The notes below the pieces were generated by a model, which was not told the DNA's origin, searched no databases, and worked only from the letters and a program-made list of their open reading frames with translations. Shown here piece after piece: positions 18,853-28,997 of a DNA stretch of 64,000 nucleotides. The DNA lies in the NCBI GenBank assembly GCA_036676495.1, contig JAKFCT010000046.1, positions 17,029-81,028 on the forward strand, given 5' to 3'. This DNA comes from Candidatus Sericytochromatia bacterium (GTDB lineage: Bacteria; Cyanobacteriota; Sericytochromatia; S15B-MN24; UBA4093). How positions within the stretch are numbered: the stretch's first letter is position 1; every line of letters starts with the position of its first letter. The position numbers and the translations under genes are program-made.

Positions 18853-19896
18853 TTATTTGCCGGCCGGCAGCAACCCGGCGGTCAGGGGTTTGCCCATGAC
18901 GTCCGCGATCCGCTGGAGCTCGCTCATCATGGAGCGGAACTGCTCGGGGTAGAGGCTCTGGGGGCCGTCGGACTTGGCCTGGGTCGGATCCCGGTGCACC
19001 TCGACCATGATGCCGTCGGCGCCGGCCGCCGTGGCGGCCCGGGCGATAGGGATCACCAGCTCGCGGCGCCCGGTCCCGTGGGAGGGGTCGGCCACGATGG
19101 GCAGGTGGGAGAGCTGCTTGATGACCGGGATGGCGTTGATGTCGACCATGTTCCGGGTGTAGGTCTCGAAGGAGCGCACGCCGCGCTCGCAGAGGATGAC
19201 CTGTTCGTTGCCTTCCGCGAGGATGTACTCGGCGGCGAGCAACCACTCCTTGAGGGTGGCCGAGAGGCCGCGCTTGAGCATGACGGGCTTGGCAGCGCGC
19301 CCCGCGCGGCGCAGGAGCGAGAAGTTCTGCATGTTGCGCGCGCCGATCTGGATGATGTCGGCGTATTCCTCGACGGCGTCGAGGCTTTCCAGGTCGATGG
19401 CCTCGGTGATCACCGCGAGGCCGTAGCGCTCGCGGGCCTTGGCGAGAAGCTTGAGCCCTTCGACGCCCATGCCCTGGTACGAGTAGGGGCTGGTGCGCGG
19501 CTTGAAGGCGCCGCCCCGCAGGACGGTGGCGCCCGCCATGGCGACGGCCTCCGCGGTCTCCAGGAGTTGGGCTTCGCTTTCGACCCCGCAGGGGCCCGCC
19601 ATCACGACGGTCCGCGGGCCGCCGATCACCGTGCCGTTGAAGAGCGTGATCGTGGTATCCGTCTTCTTCCACTCGCGGCTGACCAGCTTGTACGGGGAAG
19701 AGACGCTGATGACCTCCTGGACGCCGGGCAAGCCCTCGACCCGCGAGCTGTCGACCGGACCGTCGTTGCCGACGACGCCGATCGCCATGCGCTGCTCCCC
19801 GGGAATGGGTCGCGCCTGGTAGCCCATCTCCTCGATGACCCCCACCACGCGTTGAATCTCTTCCGAACCGGCATCATACTGCATGACCACGAGCAT
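18853..19896 (-). CDS. aroF: DAHP synthase class I-beta
   Basis: AGPCGVES, RGGAFKPRTSPYSYQG, QIGARNMQN, DPSHGTG, N-terminal regulatory domain. Confidence 0.95.
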   Translation of the reverse strand: MLVVMQYDAGSEEIQRVVGVIEEMGYQARPIPGEQRMAIGVVGNDGPVDSSRVEGLPGVQEVISVSSPYKLVSREWKKTDTTITLFNGTVIGGPRTVVMAGPCGVESEAQLLETAEAVAMAGATVLRGGAFKPRTSPYSYQGMGVEGLKLLAKARERYGLAVITEAIDLESLDAVEEYADIIQIGARNMQNFSLLRRAGRAAKPVMLKRGLSATLKEWLLAAEYILAEGNEQVILCERGVRSFETYTRNMVDINAIPVIKQLSHLPIVADPSHGTGRRELVIPIARAATAAGADGIMVEVHRDPTQAKSDGPQSLYPEQFRSMMSELQRIADVMGKPLTAGLLPAGK

Positions 19897-20107
19897 CCCA
19901 TCTCTCCTATAGGCCGTAACCAACGGTTGTTCTCTAGTATACCCCTAGACGGCGCTCATACGGCCAAATTGGCCGAATCCACTTAGTTGACCTGACGATG
20001 TTCTCACGAATTCCTTACGGAATATTGCTGGTTATTAATCATCAAGTTAGGTAAACTACGCCTTCGACAGGCGAGCGATCGGGCTCCGGCCTGCCTCGGA
20101 GGTCGCG

Positions 20108-22348
20108 ATGCGTATTCACGTCGGCATGCCCCGCAGCCCCTACGAAGCCTTCGCCCTCATGACCCGCCAGGGCGCCATGGGCGAGGATCGTGGCCCCTTG
20201 GCGCGTCGCGCCATGCCCGGCCTCGCGCAATCCGCACCGGTGCTCCGCAGCCAGCTTCTCGCCCGCGCCGAGCGCTACGAGGGCTTGAGCGAAAAGCTCC
20301 AGGCCCTGCGCACCTCCTTGCAGCAGTTCACTCCCCCGGCCGTGACGGGGGCGCTCAGCCTCCCCACCGGCATGACGCCGGCCCGTTCGGGGGCAGCGAC
20401 AGGTCCCGCAAGCGCATCGACCGGTTCGGCCGGCTCCTCGGGCGCCCCGTCGGGCGCCGTGTCGTCCGGCGGGGGATCCTCACGGACGGATCACCCCGCC
20501 GTGCTTCTCGCCTCGCATGCCATCTTTCTCGCCCCCGGGACCTCCGGCACGGACGGCAAGGCTCCGACGCAGGCCCGGCTCGAGACCGAAGCGGTCGAAC
20601 TCATCCAGACGACGGCCACCCTGCGGGGGGACAAGATCCAGCTCAACAACAAGGGGGGCCAGACCGATTTCGGCAGCGTGACGATCAATGGGGTCGAGAC
20701 CGTGATCGGCACGTTCACGGGCACCTCGGTCGAGGAGGCGGCGCGCCACATCGCCGCCCAACTGAACCAGAACGCGGAGAACACGGTCGTCGCCTCGGTG
20801 GACGCGCAGAGCCGGGACCGGGTGATTCTGACGTCCAAGGTCGCGGGCAGCGCCGGGGGGATCTCGATCGATCAGGTCGAGCGCGACCGCACCACCAAGG
20901 GCGCGATCGGGTTTCTGGAGCATGATTTCGCGCAGGGAGCGACCCTCGAGACCGACCTCGGGGAAGTCACGATCAACGGCGTCACGACGCGCTTCGGCAA
21001 GCAGAAGTACTCCACCGTGCAGGACGCGGTCAAGGCCATGGCCGCGCTCCTGAATGCCGCTCACGGCGGCAGCCTGGAGGCAACGGTCGGGGGGACCGCT
21101 CAGGACCGCCTCGTCCTCACGTCCGCCGCTTCGGGTCCCGCGAGCGTCATCGCCGTCTCGGCCGTCATTCAAGGAACCGACAAGAGGGCCTCCAACGACG
21201 GCAACAACGGGTTCACGGCCGGGATCTTGGCCCGTGGGGGCGATTCCGAGCCCGGGACCCCGGGGGATCCGGGCTTCACAGACTTCGGCGGGATCACCAT
21301 CAACGGGATCTCGACGGTCTTCGGGCGGCTCGACAACCGCGACTACACGGCCGAGACGGCGGCCCTCTTCCTCGCCGAGCGGATCAACGAGACCAATGCG
21401 AGCGTTCGCGCCACCGTCGAAGAGGGGCGTCTCAAGCTCAGTTCGACGGAGACGGGGTCGAACGCCCGGATCCAGGTGGAGGCGATCGCCCCCGATTCCG
21501 ACGGCAACCGGGACAATGACCGCGCCTTGGGGTTCGTCCTGGGATCGGCCAGCGGCAGCACCACGACACAACCTTCGCCCTCCCCGTCGCCCCTTTCGAC
21601 CGCGACGATCTATGCCCCGGCGAGCTCCGACGGAGCCAGCTCAGCCGATGGCGCGGATCCCGGCAAGTCGAGCGACATGGCTTCCGCGCGAGCCGACGCG
21701 TTTCAGGCCCAAGCCCAGGAGTGGCTGAGCATGACCAACGCATACCTCTCCGCCCTGGACGCGCGTTCCCAGGAGCATCCCCATGGCGAGTTCCGGGCCT
21801 TCGGCCACACGATCCAGGCCATGCTGCAGCAGGATTCCCGGCTTTCCGCCGTGGGACTCCAGGTCGAAGGCGGGAGGCTTTCCCTGGACGAAAAAGCGTT
21901 CATGCAGGCTTTCGAGACGGATCCGCAGGCGGCGCTCGGCGCCATGCAAGGGTTCCGCGAGACGCTCGATCCGTTGCTGGCTTCCCAGGCGTACGCCATG
22001 GACTTCATGCGCGGGGTGGCGGAGGCCACCCGCGACCGCGTCCCCGAGATCAGCCAGGCCATGACCATGCGGTTCCGGCTGGAGCAGCGCAGCAAGGAGG
22101 TCTCCCTCTGGCTGGAATCCCTGGATAAGATGGCTCCCCAGCTCGAGGACCAGGGCGCACGACTCCGCAAGCTGGAAGAAAGCGAAACGGAGAAGGCGGA
22201 GCGCGAAGACCGCGAAGCCCCATCCCGAGCGAATGCGCCGACGGCATCGGAAGCGCCACGGGGGAATCCGCTGGAAGGATGGCGTGAAACGCAGCTGGCG
22301 GCAGCGCCGCGATGGACCTCACGCGAGTTTCAATCGCGCCTCATGTAG
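20108..22348 (+). CDS. FliD-like flagellar filament cap paralog with three flagellin-IN-like repeats
   Basis: FliD_N-like helix, 3x TD(F/L)G-x-(V/I)TING repeats, FliD_C-like LSAVGL..GRLSLDEKAF..DP. Confidence 0.65.
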   Translation: MRIHVGMPRSPYEAFALMTRQGAMGEDRGPLARRAMPGLAQSAPVLRSQLLARAERYEGLSEKLQALRTSLQQFTPPAVTGALSLPTGMTPARSGAATGPASASTGSAGSSGAPSGAVSSGGGSSRTDHPAVLLASHAIFLAPGTSGTDGKAPTQARLETEAVELIQTTATLRGDKIQLNNKGGQTDFGSVTINGVETVIGTFTGTSVEEAARHIAAQLNQNAENTVVASVDAQSRDRVILTSKVAGSAGGISIDQVERDRTTKGAIGFLEHDFAQGATLETDLGEVTINGVTTRFGKQKYSTVQDAVKAMAALLNAAHGGSLEATVGGTAQDRLVLTSAASGPASVIAVSAVIQGTDKRASNDGNNGFTAGILARGGDSEPGTPGDPGFTDFGGITINGISTVFGRLDNRDYTAETAALFLAERINETNASVRATVEEGRLKLSSTETGSNARIQVEAIAPDSDGNRDNDRALGFVLGSASGSTTTQPSPSPSPLSTATIYAPASSDGASSADGADPGKSSDMASARADAFQAQAQEWLSMTNAYLSALDARSQEHPHGEFRAFGHTIQAMLQQDSRLSAVGLQVEGGRLSLDEKAFMQAFETDPQAALGAMQGFRETLDPLLASQAYAMDFMRGVAEATRDRVPEISQAMTMRFRLEQRSKEVSLWLESLDKMAPQLEDQGARLRKLEESETEKAEREDREAPSRANAPTASEAPRGNPLEGWRETQLAAAPRWTSREFQSRLM

Positions 22349-22382
22349 AAAGCGGGCCGCCCCCATGGGGGCGGCCCGCTTT
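22349..22382. terminator. bidirectional intrinsic terminator
   Basis: AAAGCGGGCCGCCCCC-AT-GGGGGCGGCCCGCTTT between convergent genes. Confidence 0.8.
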
Positions 22383-22391
22383 CTCACTATT

Positions 22392-22847
22392 TTAGGAACC
22401 GCAGGCTCCGCCAGAGCAGCAACCGCTGCTGGCAGGGGGCTCCTCTTTCTTGGGCTCGGGGGCCGAACCGCAGCCGCCGGATCCGCAGCCGCAACCGCCA
22501 TGCGACTTCGCATGAGCTTCCTCGTCCTTGGGACGGAACGAGGAGCCGCAGCCGCAGCCCGAGGACGCGTTGGGGTTGGAGATGGTGAAGCCACCGCCCA
22601 TCAACTCGTTCTTGAAGCCAATCTCGGCGCCCTCGAGGTACTGCGCGCTGTAGGGGTCGATGACAACCTTCAGGCCATCGACGTCGTACTCCTGATCGTT
22701 CGACTTGGCCTCGTCGAGGCCCATGCCGTAGCTGAAACCGGAGCAGCCGCCGGGCTTCACGTAGACCCGCAGGGCGAGATCTTTGCGCATCTGGCCCGCC
22801 AGGGCCTCTTGAAGCTTGTCCTTCGCTTCAGGGGAAACAATGACCAT
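22392..22847 (-). CDS. A-type Fe-S carrier (IscA/ErpA/HesB) with Cys-rich tail
   Basis: GGCSGFSY, NPNA..CGCGSSF; GGAGG RBS before ATG 22847. Confidence 0.9.
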   Translation of the reverse strand: MVIVSPEAKDKLQEALAGQMRKDLALRVYVKPGGCSGFSYGMGLDEAKSNDQEYDVDGLKVVIDPYSAQYLEGAEIGFKNELMGGGFTISNPNASSGCGCGSSFRPKDEEAHAKSHGGCGCGSGGCGSAPEPKKEEPPASSGCCSGGACGS

Positions 22848-23070
22848 GAACCGGACCTCCGCGATCGAAATGGATAACCAGGTTTCATTATACCCGCTCA
22901 ACCGCCGCTCCCTCAAGGGAAATCCTCGAATCGGATCGCTGCGGCAGGAGCGCTTCGCGGCCGGCCGGGGATCCGGACGCAAGGATCGCGAAAAAGGATA
23001 AGATAAGGTAAAAAGGATTGCCGGGTGCGTGAGGCGCCCTTGCCGTACTCCCCCTGTGATGGAGGTGAAG

Positions 23071-24264
23071 ATGTTCGATCGACTCGCGTCCCGAAAGCCC
23101 GTCGCCCTGGCCCTCGGAGTCTCGCTGCTCCTCTTGGGCGGGTGTCAGAGCCTCTCGGGGAGCGGAGGCCGCCTCGCCACCGAGGCGGAATCGGCCGAAG
23201 CAACCGCGCTTCCCTCGAACGCCGAGATCCGCCCTTATCTCCAGAACGTCACGGTCGACGGCATCACCATTCTTTGGCGCAGCGCCAAGAAGGGCCTCGG
23301 GGAGGTCACGATCACCGGGCCCGACGGCCGCGCGCAGCGCTTCCCCGAAGCCGGCGCGACCCAGGACCACCGGATTCGCCTCACCAACCTGCACCCGGCC
23401 ACCACGTACCGCTACTCCGTCACGCAGGATGGCCGCCCCGTCTGGACCAGCGAGTTCAAGACGGCCCGGCCGCGCGGCCAGAACGGCTTCACCTTCGGCG
23501 TCATGGGAGATATGGGCAAAGGCACCCCCGAGCAGTTCGCGATCGCCAAGCAGCTCGCCCAGTACGACCCCGAATTCACCCTCCTCACCGGGGACATCGT
23601 CTACTTCCGCGGGGCCGAGGGCGACTACCTTCCCAAGTACTTCAAGCCCTACCAGGATCTCATCGACGACCAGGTCTTCTTTCCCACGCTCGGCAACCAC
23701 GACATCCTGACCTGGCTGGGCAAGCCCTACTTCCGCTTCTTCGAGCTGCCCACCGGCAACGTCGAGGCGGCGGGGCGCTACTACCAGTTCTCGTACGGGG
23801 ACGTGGACTTCTTCGGCCTGGATTCGAACCAGGCGTTCACCAAGCTCCTGCCGCAGTACCGCTGGGTGAAGGCCGCCCTCGAGGGCTCCACGGCCAAGTG
23901 GAAGGTCGTCTTCTTCCACCACCCTCCCTACTCCGCGGGCAAGCACGGGGATGACAAGGGGGTCAAGGAGCACCTGGTCCCCCTCTTCGAGAAGTACGGG
24001 GTGGACGTGGTCTTCGCGGGCCACGAGCACAACTACGAGCGCATCAAGCCCATGCGCGAGTTCGAGAGCAGCGGACGCCCCATCACCTACATCGTGACCG
24101 GCGGCGGCGGCACGGATCTGCGGCCGGTCGGCAAGAACGCCCGCACCGCGTACTCCGAGAGCATCCACCACTTCATGGGCGTCACGGTCGACGACCAGCG
24201 CATCTCCATCCAGGCCATCGATCAAGGCGGCCGGGTCTTCGATTCGACCGTCGTCACCAAGTAA
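23071..24264 (+). CDS. purple acid phosphatase-like metallophosphoesterase lipoprotein
   Basis: Lipobox LGG|C, FN3-like domain, GDMG, GDIVY, GNHD, GHEH. Confidence 0.9.
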   Translation: MFDRLASRKPVALALGVSLLLLGGCQSLSGSGGRLATEAESAEATALPSNAEIRPYLQNVTVDGITILWRSAKKGLGEVTITGPDGRAQRFPEAGATQDHRIRLTNLHPATTYRYSVTQDGRPVWTSEFKTARPRGQNGFTFGVMGDMGKGTPEQFAIAKQLAQYDPEFTLLTGDIVYFRGAEGDYLPKYFKPYQDLIDDQVFFPTLGNHDILTWLGKPYFRFFELPTGNVEAAGRYYQFSYGDVDFFGLDSNQAFTKLLPQYRWVKAALEGSTAKWKVVFFHHPPYSAGKHGDDKGVKEHLVPLFEKYGVDVVFAGHEHNYERIKPMREFESSGRPITYIVTGGGGTDLRPVGKNARTAYSESIHHFMGVTVDDQRISIQAIDQGGRVFDSTVVTK

Positions 24265-24275
24265 GCTTCATGAGA

Positions 24276-24315
24276 GAGTCCCCCTTGCGCCGACGGCGCA
24301 AGGGGGACTCGTTTT
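24276..24315 (+). terminator. intrinsic terminator
   Basis: GAGTCCCCCTTGCGCC-GAC-GGCGCAAGGGGGACTC-GTTTT. Confidence 0.8.
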
Positions 24316-24321
24316 GGACGC

Positions 24322-25278
24322 TTAGCGGGGGAGGCGCTTCACCGCGGCCTCGTACTCGGCCAGCATGGAGCGAAGCACCTCGCCGGCCGGGCGGATATCG
24401 CGGATGAGGCCGCTGACCTGCCCGATCTCGATCTCGCCCTCGTCGAGGTTGCCCTCGTGGATGGCCTGGCGGGCACGGCCCGAGCCGAGCAGGTCGACGA
24501 GCTCCTCCTTGCTGGCGCCGCGGGCCTCCGCCTCCATGACCTGCCGGGCGAACGGATTCACCAGCAGGCGAACCGGAATGACCTTCTTCAGCAGCAGGCG
24601 GGTCTGGCCCTCTTCGGCGCCCACGATCGCCTCCTTGAAGGCCTGATGCGCCGACGACTCGGTCGTGGCGGCGAAGCGCGTTCCGACCTGGACCCCCTCG
24701 GCTCCCAGCGCGAAGCAGGCCGCCATGGCGCGGCCGTCCCCGACGCCTCCCGCGGCGATCACCGGGATGGAGACGGCGTCTGCCACCTGCGGCACCAGCA
24801 CCATGGTGGTGGTCTCCTCGGGGCTGTTGTGGCCGCCGGCCTCGAAGCCCTCCGCCACCACCGCGTCACAACCGGCCGCCTCGGACTTGAGGGCGTGCTT
24901 GGCGGTCCCGACCACCTGCACCACCGTGCAGCCGCGCTCCTTGAGCATCGGGGTGAACTTGCTGGGGCTGCCGCCGGACATGAAGAAGATCCGGACTCCC
25001 TCCTCGAGGGCGATCGCCACCCAGTCCTCAGAGTACTTGTAGAAGAGCGGCATGTTCACGCCGAAGGGCAATTCCGTGAGGGACTTGGCCTTGCGGACCT
25101 GCTCGCGGAAGATCTCGGGGCGCATCGAACCCGCTCCCACCAGGCCCAATCCGCCGGCGTTGGAGACGGCCGCCGCGAGCTTTCCTCCCGAGACCCAGAT
25201 CATGCCGGCCTGGACGATGGGATAGCGAATGCCGAAGAGATCGGTGAGGCGCGTACGAAGAGTCGTGGGTTCAGTCAT
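24322..25278 (-). CDS. FabK/nitronate monooxygenase family flavoprotein
   Basis: YPIVQAGM, AEGFEAGGH, PVIAAGG, GVQVGTRF. Confidence 0.9.
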   Translation of the reverse strand: MTEPTTLRTRLTDLFGIRYPIVQAGMIWVSGGKLAAAVSNAGGLGLVGAGSMRPEIFREQVRKAKSLTELPFGVNMPLFYKYSEDWVAIALEEGVRIFFMSGGSPSKFTPMLKERGCTVVQVVGTAKHALKSEAAGCDAVVAEGFEAGGHNSPEETTTMVLVPQVADAVSIPVIAAGGVGDGRAMAACFALGAEGVQVGTRFAATTESSAHQAFKEAIVGAEEGQTRLLLKKVIPVRLLVNPFARQVMEAEARGASKEELVDLLGSGRARQAIHEGNLDEGEIEIGQVSGLIRDIRPAGEVLRSMLAEYEAAVKRLPR

Positions 25279-25495
25279 GAGGGGCTCCTGAAAGCGCGTC
25301 GCAAGCGCTGACGCCCGCGGCAGGACGGCCGCGAGGTCCTCGGGTCGCAAAACGGCGCGCGGGTCGCGGGGAAACGCCCTCATGGTAGCACAGCGCGGCG
25401 CGCCGGCGACCTGCGCGCCCCGCAGAGCCTCAGAGCGAACATCGTTTCGACCGGTCGCTACGCTTTACGGCAAAAGCCGCGGGCGCCAGGCGCGC

Positions 25496-25695
25496 AAGAA
25501 AATACCGGTGATCCGTGAAGATCACCGGTCGGCTTGAGAGCAGGCGAAAAGCGTGGCGACGAAGAAGCGGCGATGCGGAGAAGGGCTCTCAAGGGCAGAA
25601 GGGGGGCGGCGACTGAACGAAGATCCCCTTCATGCACGTCATAACGGCGTTGATCCGCCCTGCGCCTGGGTTTGCAGGGCTGGTTGCCTGTTCCA
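25496..25695 (-). ncRNA. candidate ~200-nt structured small RNA (or long 3' UTR)
   Basis: Intergenic; TATAGT -10-like site (25707-25702), two internal stems, terminator ACCGGTGATC-N6-GATCACCGGT-ATTTTCTT. Confidence 0.35.
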
Positions 25696-25740
25696 GAACC
25701 CACTATACCGCGAAACTCCCGCGCGAAGGTTAAGACCAGA

Positions 25741-26118
25741 TTAAGAATTCACTGCCTCGTCGGAAGGCCGGGCCGCGGCAGCGGGTTTCGGGAAGGCCTC
25801 CTCCGCCTCGGGCGGCATGCGCAGCCGCTCCAGCACCCGGCCCTCGAGCGTGGCATCCAGGATCGCATCGACGTCCGCGATCGTCACGCCGGAGTACCAG
25901 GTGCCTTCCGGATAAAGCACGACGTTGGGGCCCCACTGACAGGGCTTCAGGCAGCTCGAGGAGTTGATCTGCACCGTGCCATGCAGGTTCCGCGCATGGA
26001 TCCGCGCTTTGAAGGCGGTGAAGATGTCCGAGGCCCCCTGCTCTCCGCAGGATCCCTTGGGGTTTCCGGGAGGGCGGGTATTGGTGCAGATGAAGAGATG
26101 GTGCTTGGGCGTGGGCAT
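25741..26118 (-). CDS. thioredoxin-like [2Fe-2S] ferredoxin
   Basis: HLFICTN..SC..SSCLKPC..GPNVVLYPEGTWY. Confidence 0.9.
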   Translation of the reverse strand: MPTPKHHLFICTNTRPPGNPKGSCGEQGASDIFTAFKARIHARNLHGTVQINSSSCLKPCQWGPNVVLYPEGTWYSGVTIADVDAILDATLEGRVLERLRMPPEAEEAFPKPAAAARPSDEAVNS

Positions 26119-26164
26119 GAGAGTCCCTTTCTAGCAGGTGTTCTTGCCAAGCCGGCTCGCGGGG

Positions 26165-27595
26165 CTACGAGGGGGTCAGCCGGAAGCGATCGCCCTCGGC
26201 CAGGTTGGCGGCGAAATCGAGCAGCTCCGCGGCCAAGGGGTTCAGGTGCTCGACCCGAACCGCGTAGAGCGTGCGGCGGTCCTTGAGGATCAGCTGCGTA
26301 TGGTCGTTGACCACGACTCCGCGCATGCTGTCCCCGAAGAGCAGGATCATCAGGCTCTCGAGCTCGTCGATGGCCCGTTGCCCCTCTTCCCCCATCGTGC
26401 CGGTCATCAGGCGGTCCAGCGACAAGGCGGCCTCATGGTAGGTCGCGAGGCGATGTACCGAGTAACCGAGGTGGCGCTCCAAGAACGCCCGGTGTCCCGC
26501 GGCGTCCTCACCCCAGAGCATCACCAGGCCCGCGTCGATCATCAGGGTCCCGCCGACCCGCCCGAGCAGATGCGACGCCGCCTTGCGAACGGGGCGCTCC
26601 GGATGGCGCATCGCCTCGGCCAACGGCGCGATCATCTCACGCCCGTAGACCGGGGCGAGGGTCTCCAGGGCCGCCACCACCCCGCTGCGGAAGCGGGGAT
26701 TGCCGAGGTGGCGGCAAAGCGGAACGATCGCTTCGGGGTTGTGGAGCTTGACGAAGCTCTGGATCACCAGATCATGCGACGGGTAATCGGGAACGTCCAG
26801 CAGCCGGGCGAGCAGGGAAACCAGCCCCGGATGCTGGCTCCTCACGAGGATCTGGAGCGCCTCCGTGCTCGCCAGGGAATGGCGCATGTCCGGAAGCACC
26901 CGGGCAATCGCACGGCTCGCGAGCTCCCGGTCCAGGTGGGTCATGACCCGGATCAACGCCGGAGCCGCCGCTCCGACCTCGGGCAGCATGGCCCCTAGGC
27001 GCTCGATGACCGGGATCCCGAACGGCAGGAGCGCCTCCTGGGCATGGCGCACGACATCCTTGTCCTGGCTCGCCAGCGCATGGGCGATCGCCTCGATCGT
27101 CTCCGGTTCCTGGGCCACCTTGAGGCCATGGATGGCGGCGATCTGAACGGCCGGGACCGTATCGGTCAGACGCTTGACGAGAGTCTCGATGGCCGCGGGA
27201 GTCTGATAGCGTCCCAGGGCGGAGACCGCCGCCCGGCGAACGACCGCGTGCGGGTCCCCTGCCAGCTTGATGAGGGCCTCCTGCACCACGGCGTCGGAAA
27301 ACCGCCGCATGCCGTCGATGGCCGCGAGGCGGTTGTTGGGTTCGGAGTCCGAGACGGCCTGCAGCAGGAACTCCAAGGCCATGGCATCGCCCCGGGTGGC
27401 CAGCGCGCGGATCACCCCGGCGCGCACCGCGGGGTTCGGATCGTGGATGCGGGCCTGGAAGTAGAAACGGGTCCCCTTGAGGCCCCCGCTGACGACGAAG
27501 TAGGCGACTTGCAAGGCCGCCAGGATCACCATCACGGTGATCAAGACACTGAAGCCGGAGGTGGCAATGTTCAAAAGAAAGGGACCGGTGCTCAC
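26165..27595 (-). CDS. membrane-anchored HEAT-repeat protein
   Basis: N-terminal TM; repeats such as DPNPAVRAGVIRAL and DPHAVVRRAAVSALG. Confidence 0.85.
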   Translation of the reverse strand: MSTGPFLLNIATSGFSVLITVMVILAALQVAYFVVSGGLKGTRFYFQARIHDPNPAVRAGVIRALATRGDAMALEFLLQAVSDSEPNNRLAAIDGMRRFSDAVVQEALIKLAGDPHAVVRRAAVSALGRYQTPAAIETLVKRLTDTVPAVQIAAIHGLKVAQEPETIEAIAHALASQDKDVVRHAQEALLPFGIPVIERLGAMLPEVGAAAPALIRVMTHLDRELASRAIARVLPDMRHSLASTEALQILVRSQHPGLVSLLARLLDVPDYPSHDLVIQSFVKLHNPEAIVPLCRHLGNPRFRSGVVAALETLAPVYGREMIAPLAEAMRHPERPVRKAASHLLGRVGGTLMIDAGLVMLWGEDAAGHRAFLERHLGYSVHRLATYHEAALSLDRLMTGTMGEEGQRAIDELESLMILLFGDSMRGVVVNDHTQLILKDRRTLYAVRVEHLNPLAAELLDFAANLAEGDRFRLTPS

Positions 27596-27794
27596 GACGG
27601 ACTCCTCAGTAGGCGCAGCGCCCGCAGCTGCAATCCTGCAATTATCCCGTCATGCCGCCCTGAGCGCAAGGGCGGACGTCACGTCCCAGAAAAGGCCGAT
27701 TCCTGTCCGAAAGCGTAGTATAATGGCGGCGAGCGCCCCGTTGGGCCAGCGGGCCCAGATGTGCTTCGCTTTCGCAAAAAGGAAATCCGAATCC

Positions 27795-28157
27795 ATGGCA
27801 AACGCTCCCGAAAACAAAAAGATGCTCGTGGGTCTGCGCTGCGGCTGCAAGGCCGAACTGGAGACCAACATCGCGGACGGGCTCGACCTCGTGGCCTACG
27901 ACGCCGCCGCCTGCTCCAAGGGTCATTCCAAGCCGACCCTGCCCCTTCCCATCGTCGGCTTCGGCCCTCTCTGGGGCTGGGACGACAACCGGGCCGACCG
28001 TCGCGCCCTGCCCTCGATCAAGGTGGCGCAGTTCGAGCCCGAGCACGTCTACAAGCTGCTCGAGGGCTATTTCTTCGCCAACGAGCCCGGCAAGGGATAT
28101 CCCGCCTTCGGCCCCATCTCCACGATCCGCTGGGCCGAAACGGCCAAGCACCACTAG
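27795..28157 (+). CDS. hypothetical protein (120 aa) with CGC..CxxGH motif
   Basis: AAGGA RBS, upstream TATAAT, host-like high-GC3 codons. Confidence 0.7.
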   Translation: MANAPENKKMLVGLRCGCKAELETNIADGLDLVAYDAAACSKGHSKPTLPLPIVGFGPLWGWDDNRADRRALPSIKVAQFEPEHVYKLLEGYFFANEPGKGYPAFGPISTIRWAETAKHH

Positions 28158-28214
28158 GGCGTCAGGCTCCCGAGTTCGCTCGGGAGCCTTCTTCCTAGAG
28201 CAGCCATCAGGCCG

Positions 28215-28850
28215 TCAATAGAGCCGCCGCTTGAGGCAGAGCAGGATCGCCTGCACGCGATTGCCCACCCGCAGCTTCTCGTAGAGCTGCGTGAGATTGT
28301 TGCGGACGGTCTTCTCGCTCAAGGCCAGGTGATCGGCGATCACCCGGGTCTCATGGCCCTGGACCAGCAGCCGCGCGAGCTGAAGTTCCCGAGCGGAGAG
28401 GCTCTCGACCGGAACCTGCATGGGCGGAGCGTCGACGAGCGCTCTACCAGGATAAGCGGCTTCACGACTCAGCAGCGCCTTCTCGATGACCAGGTTCAGC
28501 TGGCGCAGCTCGCGCAGAGGCTTCTGGATGAAATCATAGGCCCGCCCCTCGCGTAGGGCGGTGATCGCATCCTCCATCGTCCCCCGCCCGCTCAGAAAGA
28601 TGACGATCACCTTGGGGCAGAGGTCCTTGATCAGGCTGAGCAGTTGCAGCCCGTCCAGGCCCGGCAACTTGAGATCCATGATGATGACGTCGAACGCATG
28701 CTGCTGGACCCGCTCCATGGCCTCGAGGCCGTCCTTGGCACTCATGATCGCGTAGCCCGAATCGTGCAGCCACTTCTCGAGGATCTCGCGCTGATCGCTA
28801 TCATCCTCGACCAGCAAGACCCTGACCTTCTGAGGTGGAACCTGGTGCAT
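28215..28850 (-). CDS. response regulator, REC plus LuxR-type HTH
   Basis: VEDD, MDLKLP, QKP; LSARELQ..LSEKTVRNNLTQLYEKL. Confidence 0.92.
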   Translation of the reverse strand: MHQVPPQKVRVLLVEDDSDQREILEKWLHDSGYAIMSAKDGLEAMERVQQHAFDVIIMDLKLPGLDGLQLLSLIKDLCPKVIVIFLSGRGTMEDAITALREGRAYDFIQKPLRELRQLNLVIEKALLSREAAYPGRALVDAPPMQVPVESLSARELQLARLLVQGHETRVIADHLALSEKTVRNNLTQLYEKLRVGNRVQAILLCLKRRLY

Positions 28851-28997
28851 CAGGCACCGGCCTCGACGCGCATGGCGTATCGTTCTTCCTTGGCTGAGCG
28901 GACGCCGTTCCGCCCCTCGCGGGGATTCTCGCTATAATAATTGAGCATGTCGTGAGGTTGAAACTGCAACGCCCCTCCAAGATGGCCGGTAACTAGC

